Virus record (IMG/VR): IMGVR_UViG_3300019776_000078
Span: 3,384 to 67,383 of that record
Source: a virus
Length of the DNA: 64,000 nt
Reading direction: 5' to 3' (one strand)
The position numbers and the translations under genes are program-made. Under the pieces are notes generated by a model that was not told the origin of the DNA, ran no database searches, and saw nothing but the letters and a program-made list of their open reading frames with translations. Positions 28,701 through 38,072 of this stretch are shown here, piece by piece (the stretch's first letter is position 1; each line of letters begins with the position of its first letter).

Positions 28701-31700
28701 TAATTTTGTGGGTCAAGAATTTAAACCAAGTGCCAAAGTAAATAGAGGCGGCAACATAGATGGTTATTATTTTACGTCTGAACCATCTGATGCATCTAGG
28801 TATTCTTTAGGAAAAGAAGAAAAATTCAAAGAAGGTGCAGAAGTTATTCCGGTTTATTTAAGCCTTCAAAACCCATTTGTTAAAGGAAGTAAAGTAACCC
28901 CAAAAATGCTTCAAGTTTTTAAAGAAGAGGTTATTAAAAATAATCCTCAGTTAGGCGATAGAGCAGAAGAATATGCTAATGATAAAGCTGAAATAATGAA
29001 AGAATATGGAGAATCTGGTAGAAGATCTGCTCCAGAAATTTTTCCAAATATTAGCTTTCCAACGGATGCCAAACAGCGTGTATTAAAAGCTGGTGGATAT
29101 GACGGATTCCAAGACGGTGGCAGTCATTGGGTTGCATTTGATTCGAATCAAATTAAGTCTGCTATTGGAAATAAAGGAACGTTTAGTAAAGAAAGTCCAG
29201 ACATTCGTTTTGAAGTTCCATCTCGTGAGAAGTTTAAAGCGCCGATGCAAGGAGTAGACCCTGCTTATGCAGAGAAGTTACGCAATGCATTTACCCAACA
29301 GCCAGCAACTGTTAAAGAGAAGATGGAAGGATTGAAGAAGAACTTCTTTGATCGTATGGTTGTTGGCTTGTTTGATGAGTTCCGTGCTATTAAAAAGTAT
29401 GATCCCGTTGCTTACATGATGGCTCGCTTATCAAAGTCTATTGACGGTGGATTACAGGGTCTTTTGGAGTACGGTCAAGTATTTTTGCGTGACGGTGCGT
29501 TGGATATCAAACCAAACACAAAGGGATTATTAAAGATCCTAGAGCCAGTAGGCTCTGAAGTAGATCAATATCAGGCATGGAAAGCTTTGAGCCGTGATGC
29601 TAATTTACCTAAGGATAAACGCTCATTACCAGCCGACTTAGTTGCTGGTCGTGATCAGTTAACACAAGGCACGTTAAACGGCAAATCCCGTAAGGCTGTC
29701 TATGAGCAAGCATTGCGTGAAGAGAATGAACTTAATAAGTCTGTATTGAATGTAGCTAAAGAGTTAGGTTTAATTGACCAACAAGGATACGATAAGTTTG
29801 CTAGCGATATCTACTACATTCCATTTTATAAACAGATGGAAGATGGTGATGTACAGTCTGTCAGTAATGCGTCTAAGTTAACTGGTCAGCAGTTTAGTAA
29901 AGCGCTTAAGGGTGGTGAGAAACAGCTCAACGACTTGATGGAAAACGTGCTATTGAACTGGTCTCATATCCTATCTGCGGCGATGAAGAACCAGGCGGCG
30001 GTTAAGACGATTGATGCAGCAGCCAAGATGGGTGCGGCTACAGAAGTTAAGCCAATGGACGGCAAATATCCAAAAGGTTCCGTCAAAGTTATGCGTGATG
30101 GTAAGGCCGTTCATTATGAGTTAACCGATCCAGACTTAGTGGACGCTATTTCCACGATCTCTTACCTTGGTCCAAAGTCTCAGTTCCTAGACATAGCCAA
30201 AGGATTTACTAACGCACTGCGCTACGGTATCACGATGAGTCCTGCTTATAAGGTACGCAACTTAATCCGTGACTCTATCCAATCTGCCGCTATTTCCGAG
30301 CTTGGCAACAATATGTTCAAGAACGTTTATGACGGCCTATCCATGAGCAAAGAAGGTCATCCAACCTTTATGGCTGCATTGGCTGGTGGTGGTATCTTTG
30401 AAATGGGTACAGCCCATGAAGGGAACCAAGCTAAGTTGATTAAACGCTTAGTAGATAAGGGTGTTAGTGCTAACCATATCCTAGATACTACGGATAAGAT
30501 TAAAGGCAAATTAGGTGACCTATTAAACTGGTATAACGAGCAAGGAAACAAGTTTGAGAACGCTAATAGGCTAGCCCTATACCAGAAGCTCATTGACAGC
30601 GGTAAGACCCATTTAGAGGCTTCCTATGCGGCTCGTGACCTGATGGACTTCTCCATGCAGGGACAGTTCCGTTCGGTCAAAATAATCGGTTCTGTAGTGC
30701 CATTCTTTAATGCCCGATTACAAGGTCTATACAAGTTAGGTCGTGATGGTATTAGCCCGACTTATCGTGTCATTTGCAATGCTACTACGGGTAAACCCTT
30801 AGAAATTGGTGATAAGCAAAAAGCTGCCCGTTTTATGACTATCTCAAGCGCTGTAATGTTAGCGTCTCTAAGTCTGTACGCTATGTACAAAGATGACGAA
30901 GACTTCAAACGCCGTGAAGATTGGGATCGGGATAACTTCTGGTGGTTTAAGATTGGTGATACTGCCTACCGTATTCCTAAGCCATTTGAGATTGGTGCAT
31001 TAGGAACAATTGCAGAGCGTACATACGAGCAGATGTCTGACGATACCATAGAGGGTAAAGTATTTGCTAATCGTCTAAACCACATCCTGATGGATACGTT
31101 CTCATTGAATCCTACTCCGCAGATGGTTAAGCCGTTAATTGATCTATACGCTAATAAAGATAGCTTTACTGGCGCTCCAATTGAATCTGCTGGTATGCAG
31201 AACTTATCTAGACAAGAACGTGTTAATAACAATACTAGCGGTCTAGCAATTGCATTAGGCGGTATCTCTGAAGGTGCAGCTAAGATCCTGACATTTAATC
31301 CAGATGCACAGGGTTTATCTCCTGTACAAATGGACTATGCAATTAAGGCGTATTTTGGATGGCTAGGTGCTACCGCTGCATCCACCGCTGATTTGGCAGT
31401 AGAGCCATTCTCTGAAGGTACTAAAGTACACAAGCCAATTATTGATACGGTGGCGATGGGCTTTATTAAAACGGAACCAGAATTGCAGTCTAAATATATG
31501 ACGGCTTTCTATCAGAATAATGCCAACCTACAGTCTGCATTAGCTGATATGCGTCATTATGCCGAGCTTGGTGACTCTGCAAAAGTACAAGAAATCCTAG
31601 AAGAGAAAGGCCAAGATATTGCACTGGCTAAGGTATACGATAAAGCAAGTAAACAGCTCGCTGAATTGCGTAAACAATCTAGATTAATTGAGCAAAACCA

Positions 31701-31806
31701 ATCTATTCCTGCAGAAGAGCGTCGTGCAGAAATGATTCGGTTAAAAATATTAATGTCGGATATTGCAGCTCAAATGGAAACTATGCGGAAGACTTTAAAA
31801 AAATAA
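25771..31806 (+). CDS. large polyvalent internal virion protein (HExxH metallopeptidase, ADP-ribosyltransferase-like and LPD38-like domains)
   Basis: 2011 aa; LHHEAIHAL; FRNWFGNSKVVDENGQPKVMYHGT...YFT...VYL...GYDG...QIKSA; C-terminal YRIPKPFEIG and NKDSFTGAPIE. Confidence 0.75.
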   Translation: MPTYDVTAPDGKVYEITAPEGASQEDVLAYAQSMYGQPQAPKTKEGVGTSVRRGVEQLGSAFQTAYESVTKGGEEAAIRAQERQADIQRRLGEGASLERLKKVYEERGILPAAGELVSQIPQAIAEQAPNIAATLGGAAAGAAAGSVVPGVGTLIGGIAGAALPSFVQQYGGNIQRQAEAQVAQGKPLEISRAAAAGTAVPQATLDVIGTLVPLGGNMITKILGPTMGKVLASGGSKIADEALLTTITKGTAKGIAAEVPTEVSQQILERAQAGLPLTTPDALKEYGETAFAVSLLGPIGIIGRVSDKAQAGRDLALARQKAAEENTPQPVTIQTVDSPEPQVMYVAPTGEVAKSMEELDAALKYKQYYADLNKPATVTPKTPEVLYGTAQGDVGTSMEDVGQAKMFREQALARQAELQKVITPEKIKGLGIGSTASIFKDNSIMNQSLSNPDVADATRAKLLDIQSKNTNAQTKAKISDFLNRPEFITPKYVDELLNPPLEMSRKEAAALNKQQFAFIDKDGQIKVKYGDIITKDGKQYAKYEGGGERQITDDVMVNPSPALMESWLLSKEEDKVSKIPDDFKEYLAKRKISTSELSDLNMNDIPKTKKGSSLYKTYFSGQGVSIDELVNDAISNGLLNEEDVLRHGKDVTDGMRELIREALVNDARVPYTPQNNEALNREFDIAQRRNQLESALEETTTMVERERPTEPIDVGIQELTPEERAPIEAEASIRAAERFEGAPAVEPEITRAEVPYEFSEQAKRDMAKIIPRLTRTLDKMGLHNIGLNLAKNLKANIDGKITKVNGTYLNRIITLCLDNRGIEATLHHEAIHALKEMGLFSQKEWATLSKIAKDKWIDQYNINNRYPNASEEVKIEEAIASAFPDYMKQVGQPRGLLQRIKDFVQKVGNVFRGLGFNTPESVFAKAEAGKLTGEGKATQATQRAAVPTNTENFRNWFGNSKVVDENGQPKVMYHGTSNFVGQEFKPSAKVNRGGNIDGYYFTSEPSDASRYSLGKEEKFKEGAEVIPVYLSLQNPFVKGSKVTPKMLQVFKEEVIKNNPQLGDRAEEYANDKAEIMKEYGESGRRSAPEIFPNISFPTDAKQRVLKAGGYDGFQDGGSHWVAFDSNQIKSAIGNKGTFSKESPDIRFEVPSREKFKAPMQGVDPAYAEKLRNAFTQQPATVKEKMEGLKKNFFDRMVVGLFDEFRAIKKYDPVAYMMARLSKSIDGGLQGLLEYGQVFLRDGALDIKPNTKGLLKILEPVGSEVDQYQAWKALSRDANLPKDKRSLPADLVAGRDQLTQGTLNGKSRKAVYEQALREENELNKSVLNVAKELGLIDQQGYDKFASDIYYIPFYKQMEDGDVQSVSNASKLTGQQFSKALKGGEKQLNDLMENVLLNWSHILSAAMKNQAAVKTIDAAAKMGAATEVKPMDGKYPKGSVKVMRDGKAVHYELTDPDLVDAISTISYLGPKSQFLDIAKGFTNALRYGITMSPAYKVRNLIRDSIQSAAISELGNNMFKNVYDGLSMSKEGHPTFMAALAGGGIFEMGTAHEGNQAKLIKRLVDKGVSANHILDTTDKIKGKLGDLLNWYNEQGNKFENANRLALYQKLIDSGKTHLEASYAARDLMDFSMQGQFRSVKIIGSVVPFFNARLQGLYKLGRDGISPTYRVICNATTGKPLEIGDKQKAARFMTISSAVMLASLSLYAMYKDDEDFKRREDWDRDNFWWFKIGDTAYRIPKPFEIGALGTIAERTYEQMSDDTIEGKVFANRLNHILMDTFSLNPTPQMVKPLIDLYANKDSFTGAPIESAGMQNLSRQERVNNNTSGLAIALGGISEGAAKILTFNPDAQGLSPVQMDYAIKAYFGWLGATAASTADLAVEPFSEGTKVHKPIIDTVAMGFIKTEPELQSKYMTAFYQNNANLQSALADMRHYAELGDSAKVQEILEEKGQDIALAKVYDKASKQLAELRKQSRLIEQNQSIPAEERRAEMIRLKILMSDIAAQMETMRKTLKK

Positions 31807-31889
31807 GTACTTTCCCTTATTAATCAAATAAATAGGGTGCATTCTTAATTTATTTGTGGTAAAAACCTTTTTAGTCATAGCTAAAGAGG

Positions 31890-32858
31890 ATGGGTATGAA
31901 TAATTATTATCTAACAGATGACCAATTTCTTGATGAATGGGTCAAAATTGGCAGCCCCCAAAAGTTTGCAGAAAAACATGGCATGAGCGTTCGCTCTGTC
32001 TATAACCGAAGACGAGTAATAGAAACCAAATTAAAAATAGATTTACCCACATTTAATGATTCAAGATTTGATTCGATGAAGAAGCTAGCCCAAACTCCGG
32101 GTCATGCAAGACGTGGAATAGAAATGGAAAAGGGTAGGGTGATCGTATTTTCAGATGCCCACTTCTGGCCCAATGAAGTAACCACCGCTTACAAAGCTTT
32201 GCTGTTAATGATTAAAGAATTTAAGCCAAAGGTCATCGTAGCTAACGGGGATATGTTTGATGGCTCTCAGGCTAGTCGTCATGCCAGGATTGGTTGGGAA
32301 AAGACTCCTACCGTTAAGGAAGAGCTGGAAGCCTGTCAGGAAATGATGGCTGGCATTGAGGAGGTTGCCAAGGGCGCTGAATTAGTCTGGCCTATGGGAA
32401 ACCATGACGCCCGCTTTGAGACCTTTCTCTCAGCCCAAATGGGTACCTATGAGGGCGTAGCAGGGTTTACCCTTAAAGACCACTTTCCCCTATGGAAACC
32501 ATGCTGGTCATTCTGGGTTAATGAAGATACCTGTTTTAAGCATAAATGGAAGGGTTCTTTTGGGGCTGGTAGAGCCAATGCCCTTAATTCGGGCGTAAAC
32601 ATGATTACAGGCCATACACACAATTTGGCTGTCCAACCCCTTACCGACTACAACGGAACGCGCTATGGCGTCCAAACGGGCTGCCTAGCCGATCCTAATG
32701 GGGAACAGTTCATGGCCTATACTGAGGATAACCCTAAGGACTGGAGATCAGGGTTTGCCCTACTGTCTTGGGAGCGTGGTAGACTAATGCTTCCAGAGTT
32801 AATTCAGGTCTGCGGAGAATCGGAGTTCGAGTTCCGGGGCTGTATAAATAAATGCTGA
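31890..32858 (+). CDS. calcineurin-like metallophosphoesterase with N-terminal HTH-like region
   Basis: SDAH, NGD.FD, GNHD and GHTH motifs. Confidence 0.85.
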   Translation: MGMNNYYLTDDQFLDEWVKIGSPQKFAEKHGMSVRSVYNRRRVIETKLKIDLPTFNDSRFDSMKKLAQTPGHARRGIEMEKGRVIVFSDAHFWPNEVTTAYKALLLMIKEFKPKVIVANGDMFDGSQASRHARIGWEKTPTVKEELEACQEMMAGIEEVAKGAELVWPMGNHDARFETFLSAQMGTYEGVAGFTLKDHFPLWKPCWSFWVNEDTCFKHKWKGSFGAGRANALNSGVNMITGHTHNLAVQPLTDYNGTRYGVQTGCLADPNGEQFMAYTEDNPKDWRSGFALLSWERGRLMLPELIQVCGESEFEFRGCINKC

Positions 32859-32859
32859 T

Positions 32860-33510
32860 ATGAACAAGATCGAGATTGACCTCAAGACACTAGCCCCAGA
32901 TGTCAGAGAATGGGTCAATTTCGAGATAGATACCAGTAATGCCCATGATATTTCGGTGCATTTGGTAAAGAAAAAGCAGGTGATGATGGATAAAATCCGT
33001 GTTGCTGGTTTCTTCTGCAGCGAAACTGACCGCTTATTTGTTGCTAGCCTAGCGCCTGATTGGATTCAGATTATGGTCCATGAATCCTGCCACCGAGACC
33101 AATATACAGAACAGATCCCTATGTGGAATAAGATGGTCAATTTTGAAGGGGAAAAGGTAGATCCTTTAAACCTCTTCTGGGACTGGTTAAACGGGGTAGT
33201 AGAGCTTAAACCAAAGATGCTGAGGGATGTCACCCTACACTGCATGAATATCGAGCTAGACTGCGAAATACGGGCTGCTAAAAAGATTGATAAGTTTTAC
33301 CTACCCATTAATACCAAAGAGTACATTCAGAAGGCTAATGCCTATGTATTTTTATACCATGTGATTCGGCAAACCCGTCAATGGTATCCCAAGGGAAAAG
33401 CGCCATTTCATGTGCCAGAAGTATGGACTAAAATGCCTACCGACTTTGATCGGGATTACACTAAAATCCCTAAGAAATATAAAGACTTAATTTTGGATCA
33501 CTGTTTCTAG
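32860..33510 (+). CDS. putative zincin-like metallopeptidase
   Basis: MVHESCH (HExxH) with downstream ELDCE. Confidence 0.55.
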   Translation: MNKIEIDLKTLAPDVREWVNFEIDTSNAHDISVHLVKKKQVMMDKIRVAGFFCSETDRLFVASLAPDWIQIMVHESCHRDQYTEQIPMWNKMVNFEGEKVDPLNLFWDWLNGVVELKPKMLRDVTLHCMNIELDCEIRAAKKIDKFYLPINTKEYIQKANAYVFLYHVIRQTRQWYPKGKAPFHVPEVWTKMPTDFDRDYTKIPKKYKDLILDHCF

Positions 33511-33556
33511 TATTTGACAGTCGTTTCGCCGTGCTTGTTCCACAATGGGTGGCAGA

Positions 33557-33856
33557 TCACTTGAACAGTCTTGCGCTTTCAGCCTTCTCGTGTAGTATCT
33601 TGGTCGCGCTATCCCGTAGTTCCATTTCGGTAATACCATAGCGTTTTTCAAATCCTTTATGTCCAAGGCCGTGAACACCGGTATTGCCTCGGTGATGCTC
33701 TCTGCAGAGCGGAATGCATTCTGCGTTGCTTCGCTTGCCTCCAAACCGCCGTATATGATGTATCTCCGCTGGGGTAGGTCCGTAACCGAGATGTCTGCAA
33801 AGTATGCAGCCGAGGTCTGCAAGAGCCGAAAAATGTTTTCGTTCATCATTTGACAT
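33557..33856 (-). CDS. Ref-like (RecA-dependent) HNH nuclease
   Basis: GCILC...AEIHHIR...IPLCREHHRG..GVH..G...FE..YG. Confidence 0.75.
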   Translation of the reverse strand: MSNDERKHFSALADLGCILCRHLGYGPTPAEIHHIRRFGGKRSNAECIPLCREHHRGNTGVHGLGHKGFEKRYGITEMELRDSATKILHEKAESARLFK

Positions 33857-34106
33857 TAATCATCTTTCTGATAAATTCAGCAGCAATATCCATCGGCGTT
33901 AGACTCCTTGGTTCTACTTTAACAACATATCCATCTGCTACATGCCAGCCATCAGAGCCATCACGAATCAATAGGCCACGATCTAATAAGACTTTAGTAT
34001 GGGCGCCCACAGATGCTCTACTTAAGCCCACTTCAATATCAATGGACTTCACCCCTGGGTGGTCCGCTATGAACTTCAATATCGCCGATTTTTTGTCCGT
34101 TTGCAT
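33846..34106 (-). CDS. winged-helix DNA-binding protein
   Basis: ILKFIADHPG...LSRASV..H...L..RGLL. Confidence 0.6.
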   Translation of the reverse strand: MQTDKKSAILKFIADHPGVKSIDIEVGLSRASVGAHTKVLLDRGLLIRDGSDGWHVADGYVVKVEPRSLTPMDIAAEFIRKMINVK

Positions 34107-34215
34107 AGAGTAGGTACGATCCGTCAGGTAGTATTTTGAACTCCGGCATACTGAATCCAGATGCCTTTAGTGCAAGTATAACCTCTTCCATCTCTTGATC
34201 GCTCATCCCTATCTC

Positions 34216-34401
34216 CTATGTATTCCTAGTACGTTTACGTTTAGGGACTATATCCACAATCCCCCCAGTTACTTCCTCATCCCCATCCAGTTCCTTTAAT
34301 AGCTGGTCGCCCAATTTGACCGCCATTTTTGCATTGCCGCATGAAACCAGCGCAAAGCAGGCAGCAAGAAACCGCATGTATTCTTTATCTTCTGAAGTCA
34401 T
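34216..34401 (-). CDS. hypothetical protein
   Basis: ORF packed in the leftward operon. Confidence 0.5.
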   Translation of the reverse strand: MTSEDKEYMRFLAACFALVSCGNAKMAVKLGDQLLKELDGDEEVTGGIVDIVPKRKRTRNT

Positions 34402-34619
34402 TGCAACATTCCTGATCTTGACTTTACTTCTGGCTCAAACGCTTTTTCACAGACAGATAAGAAAAATTCTTTTTTCATATCTAAACTTGAGGCTATTTGC
34501 CCTGCAAATAATGTAGTCATTGTGAGTATCTCAAGAGGGTCAGCATGATGTTTTTGAAATACATCAAAAATTTCCTTGATTAAATCTCCGCGTGGTGTTT
34601 TCAATTTATTTTCCATTTT
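34398..34619 (-). CDS. hypothetical protein (paralog-like to 45341..45568)
   Basis: Probable start near MENK; similar C-terminal M..E.FL..C...F pattern. Confidence 0.45.
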   Translation of the reverse strand, partial: KMENKLKTPRGDLIKEIFDVFQKHHADPLEILTMTTLFAGQIASSLDMKKEFFLSVCEKAFEPEVKSRSGMLQ

Positions 34620-34893
34620 CTTCCAACATATGAATTTGTTCAATTAAAATTTCAGAAATAGTTCTACCTTTAATGGCAATCATTTCCGTCTCTTTGGTTT
34701 CTTGAATGACTTTGCAGGCATCCCGTAGACCCTTGTTATATCCAGTCGTAAACTGATCTCCTTTCTCTAAGGCCATCGTTAAGGCATCTCTAATAAAGGC
34801 AGAAGCCTTCCTAGACTTAGCCATCTGTTTGATCTTATTAATCTGATCACGGGGCAGATATAGGCTGTAAGGTACTAAATTCTCTTCAGTCAT
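34606..34893 (-). CDS. ribbon-helix-helix (CopG-like) regulator
   Basis: YSLYLP..Q...IK......S.FIR.AL. Confidence 0.6.
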   Translation of the reverse strand: MTEENLVPYSLYLPRDQINKIKQMAKSRKASAFIRDALTMALEKGDQFTTGYNKGLRDACKVIQETKETEMIAIKGRTISEILIEQIHMLEENGK

Positions 34894-35311
34894 TTTTCCA
34901 TTCCTTGTATTCCCCGTAGATCACTTTGAGCGATCCTTGGGCCTCTATATTTGTTTTTAATTCAGACCTAGATGCAATATTGAGATAGCTAGTTAACCAT
35001 TCAACACAAGCTTCTTCGTTGGTTTCAAACAACAAACCTTTTTCATACAGATAATCCCAGAACTTCCTATCCCGACACAACATACCAGCAAGCTTAACCA
35101 TCTGAGTGCCAGCATATTCGTCTCGGTTAAGTGGTTGTTCATCGTCTCCTAAGCGCACCATTACTACCAAGTACCTAGCGCCCACAAAATCCCGCATCAG
35201 TTCTTCTGGTAGCTCATCTGGATGGATAGCTAAAGACATGACTATGCCATCCTTGGTTTGCTTGAGGGCGACCTTTTTGCCTTCAAACTGACTGGTTTCC
35301 ATTACTTCCAC
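34886..35311 (-). CDS. conserved phage hypothetical protein
   Basis: AGMLCRD..FW...I.SRSELKTN motif; operon packing. Confidence 0.55.
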   Translation of the reverse strand: MEVMETSQFEGKKVALKQTKDGIVMSLAIHPDELPEELMRDFVGARYLVVMVRLGDDEQPLNRDEYAGTQMVKLAGMLCRDRKFWDYLYEKGLLFETNEEACVEWLTSYLNIASRSELKTNIEAQGSLKVIYGEYKEWKND

Positions 35312-35628
35312 CGTCCTGTCGCAGCTAGTTTAATCCGTTGCCAAACAGATAACTCAGATACAGGGGTAGCCACAGTTTGCAGTTCTTCTACAACATTCTT
35401 ATAGGCATCTGTTTCCTTAATCTGAGCAGCCAACGCACCTTGCAATTGCTTGCAGAGCTTTTCCCAATCTACTGGTTTCTCTTTAGGCTTATTCTTAGAG
35501 CCTGCAGGACGTCCACGCTTAGGAAGTTTAGCCTTAGCTGCAGCTTCCAATGGAACCTTATTGGCCTTGGCAAATGCCACCTCAGAAGCGCTTAATGACA
35601 CTCTACGTGGTTTCTTAGTTACTCCCAT
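35302..35628 (-). CDS. hypothetical protein with AT-hook (KRGRP) and coiled coil
   Basis: KRGRPAGSKNK motif. Confidence 0.5.
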   Translation of the reverse strand: MGVTKKPRRVSLSASEVAFAKANKVPLEAAAKAKLPKRGRPAGSKNKPKEKPVDWEKLCKQLQGALAAQIKETDAYKNVVEELQTVATPVSELSVWQRIKLAATGRWK

Positions 35629-35882
35629 GGGTCTTTCTCCTGTGACTTAGGTGCTGCCTCTTGTTTAACAAATGTGTCAATCGCTAGGGATACAAAGCGG
35701 GTACCTGTTTTAGACTCCCGTTTCCAGCCCGATAGCTTAATCTCAATCAAGTCCTCATCATGCTTTTCCATCAAATCCCGCAGATAAGAACGGTCAATCT
35801 TGACGCTGCCAAAATAGTCTGGAGACTTGTCTGACTTACGTACTGTTGATGGGAACAGTGAACCCTTGTTTGGATACTCCAT
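35619..35882 (-). CDS. putative small single-stranded DNA-binding protein
   Basis: GSLF...KSPDYFG...LSGW...FVSL and acidic/aromatic tail (EKDPWE); next to an annealing protein. Confidence 0.6.
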   Translation of the reverse strand: MEYPNKGSLFPSTVRKSDKSPDYFGSVKIDRSYLRDLMEKHDEDLIEIKLSGWKRESKTGTRFVSLAIDTFVKQEAAPKSQEKDPWE

Positions 35883-35885
35883 GTA

Positions 35886-36095
35886 TTACTCCTGTGTTAT
35901 GTGTTGATTAGCGTGAAATTTTTCGTCTGAAAGTTTTGTATGGTCTGGATATACGAGCTGAACAACGCACCAACCACCGCCTCTTGGACTATCCTTTGAC
36001 ATTGTTTCGTAGCGCATGATGGCTGATTCTTTTGATGAATAAGCACCGTCATAAATACCAGTTGCCGTGTCCCAAATAATATAATTTCCTACCAT
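35886..36095 (-). CDS. hypothetical protein
   Basis: ORF in the leftward operon. Confidence 0.45.
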   Translation of the reverse strand: MVGNYIIWDTATGIYDGAYSSKESAIMRYETMSKDSPRGGGWCVVQLVYPDHTKLSDEKFHANQHITQE

Positions 36096-36098
36096 TTC

Positions 36099-36773
36099 TT
36101 ACTCCTTAGTTAAAGACTTCTTAGTTGCGGTAAATTGAGCCATCATTTCTGCATAGGCATCAGGATTCATCTCCTTAACCTTATCAAAGCTAGAACGATT
36201 GACTTTAAAGATGCTAGCGACATCATCTGGCGATGCGGCTAACTGAAGCATGGCATGAAGACCGACTCTCATAGACTCTACAAAGTCTTCTCCCGTAGGT
36301 GTTAGTGTCCACTCACCAACCAGAGGGATCTTCTTGGGTGCTTCTTTTTTGGGTGGCGAGACAACCTTCGGCTCTTGTTGAGTAGCCGTGTTTATCTTGA
36401 CATCTTCACCGAGGTCAGGTGGGAGGTCTTCGCCGTTGTAAATGTATAGACCGATACCGTGCAGTGCTATCGCCTTGGCGAGGCAACGTTGCATAGCGGT
36501 GTTGACAGCAAATGAGTCTGGCTCAGATATGGGCTTATTGCGGTAATCCATAACTGGTAGTTGTGCAGTCCGAGCAATGTCATTGGCAACCACGGTGCAA
36601 AATACCATAACAGATCCGTTTCCCCATCGCTGATATTCTGGGTAAAACCAATGGGCTTTAGGGTCAGCGAGCAGGAGTTGATCGACGGCCCAAGCCCAAG
36701 AAAGGTAAGTAAGTCCATTCTTCTTCTCCGTATATTTAGAGACATCAATCTGTCTCAGTTGTTTGTATTCCAT
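36099..36773 (-). CDS. Sak3/DUF1071-type single-strand annealing protein
   Basis: EKKNGLTYLSWAWA...LPVMDYRN...NTAMQRCLAKAIALHGIGLYIY.GEDLP. Confidence 0.85.
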   Translation of the reverse strand: MEYKQLRQIDVSKYTEKKNGLTYLSWAWAVDQLLLADPKAHWFYPEYQRWGNGSVMVFCTVVANDIARTAQLPVMDYRNKPISEPDSFAVNTAMQRCLAKAIALHGIGLYIYNGEDLPPDLGEDVKINTATQQEPKVVSPPKKEAPKKIPLVGEWTLTPTGEDFVESMRVGLHAMLQLAASPDDVASIFKVNRSSFDKVKEMNPDAYAEMMAQFTATKKSLTKE

Positions 36774-36774
36774 T

Positions 36775-36987
36775 TCAATCCTCTTTGGTTTCTACTTCTA
36801 TTAATTTTTGGGCATAGTGAATCACTTTTCTAAGATCCTCAACACCACCTTTATCTCTCCAGCGTGAGATGTATTTCACAATGTTGCCCTCTAGGTATCC
36901 TAGATTGTTGGCAATGATGTAGTCCCACGGTTGGATTGCGTGTTTCTTATAGTGGTTGCCACCGATCTGATCACCATTTGCGCTCAT
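36775..36987 (-). CDS. DUF3310 (SaV-like) protein
   Basis: GGNHYK..IQPWD...GNIVKY..R...KGGVEDL.K; ATG at 36987. Confidence 0.8.
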   Translation of the reverse strand: MSANGDQIGGNHYKKHAIQPWDYIIANNLGYLEGNIVKYISRWRDKGGVEDLRKVIHYAQKLIEVETKED

Positions 36988-37199
36988 AAACGGGTTACCT
37001 TGTGAGACTTGTGAAGGACCCACTTCTTTCCCATCTTTTTAATGCATTTAGCAATAGCGTCTTCATTGCGTTCACGCATCGCTGCGATGTCCTCATCGGT
37101 CATACAGCTATAGTAGATACTATCTTTAGCTGGTTCCCATTCATGGCTCTTCTTGCCAATAAACTCACGCTCAAAAGCTTTCATCATTTGATTTAACAT
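36984..37199 (-). CDS. hypothetical protein
   Basis: MGKKWVLH C-terminal motif; operon packing. Confidence 0.5.
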   Translation of the reverse strand: MLNQMMKAFEREFIGKKSHEWEPAKDSIYYSCMTDEDIAAMRERNEDAIAKCIKKMGKKWVLHKSHKVTRL

Positions 37200-38072
37200 T
37201 TATTGCTCCTCTAAGTATGTTTGATACTGCTTGCACCATTGACTAACCTGACAGTAGTTAGCACAACGGGTTCTTTCTCCAAGTCGGACTTCAATTGCAT
37301 AGCCCTTCCCAGCTTTTTGTAGTTCATCTTCAGCCTCTTCCTGAGACGAACACACAATCTTTGCCCTTACTCCACCTTCTTTTTTGACGGCATACGTTGT
37401 CGGTTTTTCCCAACATTCTTCCGGTGTACAGGGCGGTATATCTGCTCCTGTTTCCATTGCGAATAAGGCTTCCGAATGGGCGTGAATGCGCTCACGGACA
37501 TATTCTTCACGTCTCTCATAACTCCACAAAGGAATATCAAGAATCGCCACAGGCGCTGCAGGATATCCAGCACGAGTATTAGAATCACGCCGATTCCAGT
37601 CGCGAATAATAGCCACAATCTTGAGAGCAGTGACGGGCGTTTTCTTGACCTTTTCGACCAGCCAAGCATAAATGTTAAGTTGCTCTTCCCATTCTTTCTT
37701 TTCATTCATCACCCCATATACGCCAACGGTTTTGTAATCATTGATCTCGATGCCATCCTGATGGATGATCTGTAAGTCAATTGCCCCAGAGATATTCCAG
37801 CCGTCTAGTTCTGCATGGAGTCGCTCTTCTACTAAATGGTTATCATCTACGCCCTGCTCTAGGATGTGATGGACTGCGCTACCAAATAAAGACCACACCA
37901 TATCCGATGCATCCATCTCAATCTCATCCAAGTGTTGCTTGCGTAGCACCGCAATCTGAGCGCTATTGAGCAGTTCAGTAGCAGATAGATGAGCTGCACC
38001 CTTGCTGTAAGTAGGACGCTCTAATGCGTTGACAATGGTCTGCGGTAGACCAAGCTTGTTAGTTATTTTCAT
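37200..38072 (-). CDS. PD-(D/E)XK exonuclease
   Basis: LSATEL, FGSAVH, ISGAID...INDYKT, QLNIY; C-terminal Cys cluster. Confidence 0.8.
   Translation of the reverse strand: MKITNKLGLPQTIVNALERPTYSKGAAHLSATELLNSAQIAVLRKQHLDEIEMDASDMVWSLFGSAVHHILEQGVDDNHLVEERLHAELDGWNISGAIDLQIIHQDGIEINDYKTVGVYGVMNEKKEWEEQLNIYAWLVEKVKKTPVTALKIVAIIRDWNRRDSNTRAGYPAAPVAILDIPLWSYERREEYVRERIHAHSEALFAMETGADIPPCTPEECWEKPTTYAVKKEGGVRAKIVCSSQEEAEDELQKAGKGYAIEVRLGERTRCANYCQVSQWCKQYQTYLEEQ

Noticed and set aside
37200-38072. Cas4-like nuclease suggesting a CRISPR system
   Set aside because: No repeat-spacer array or other cas genes; its context next to Sak3/SSB fits a recombination exonuclease
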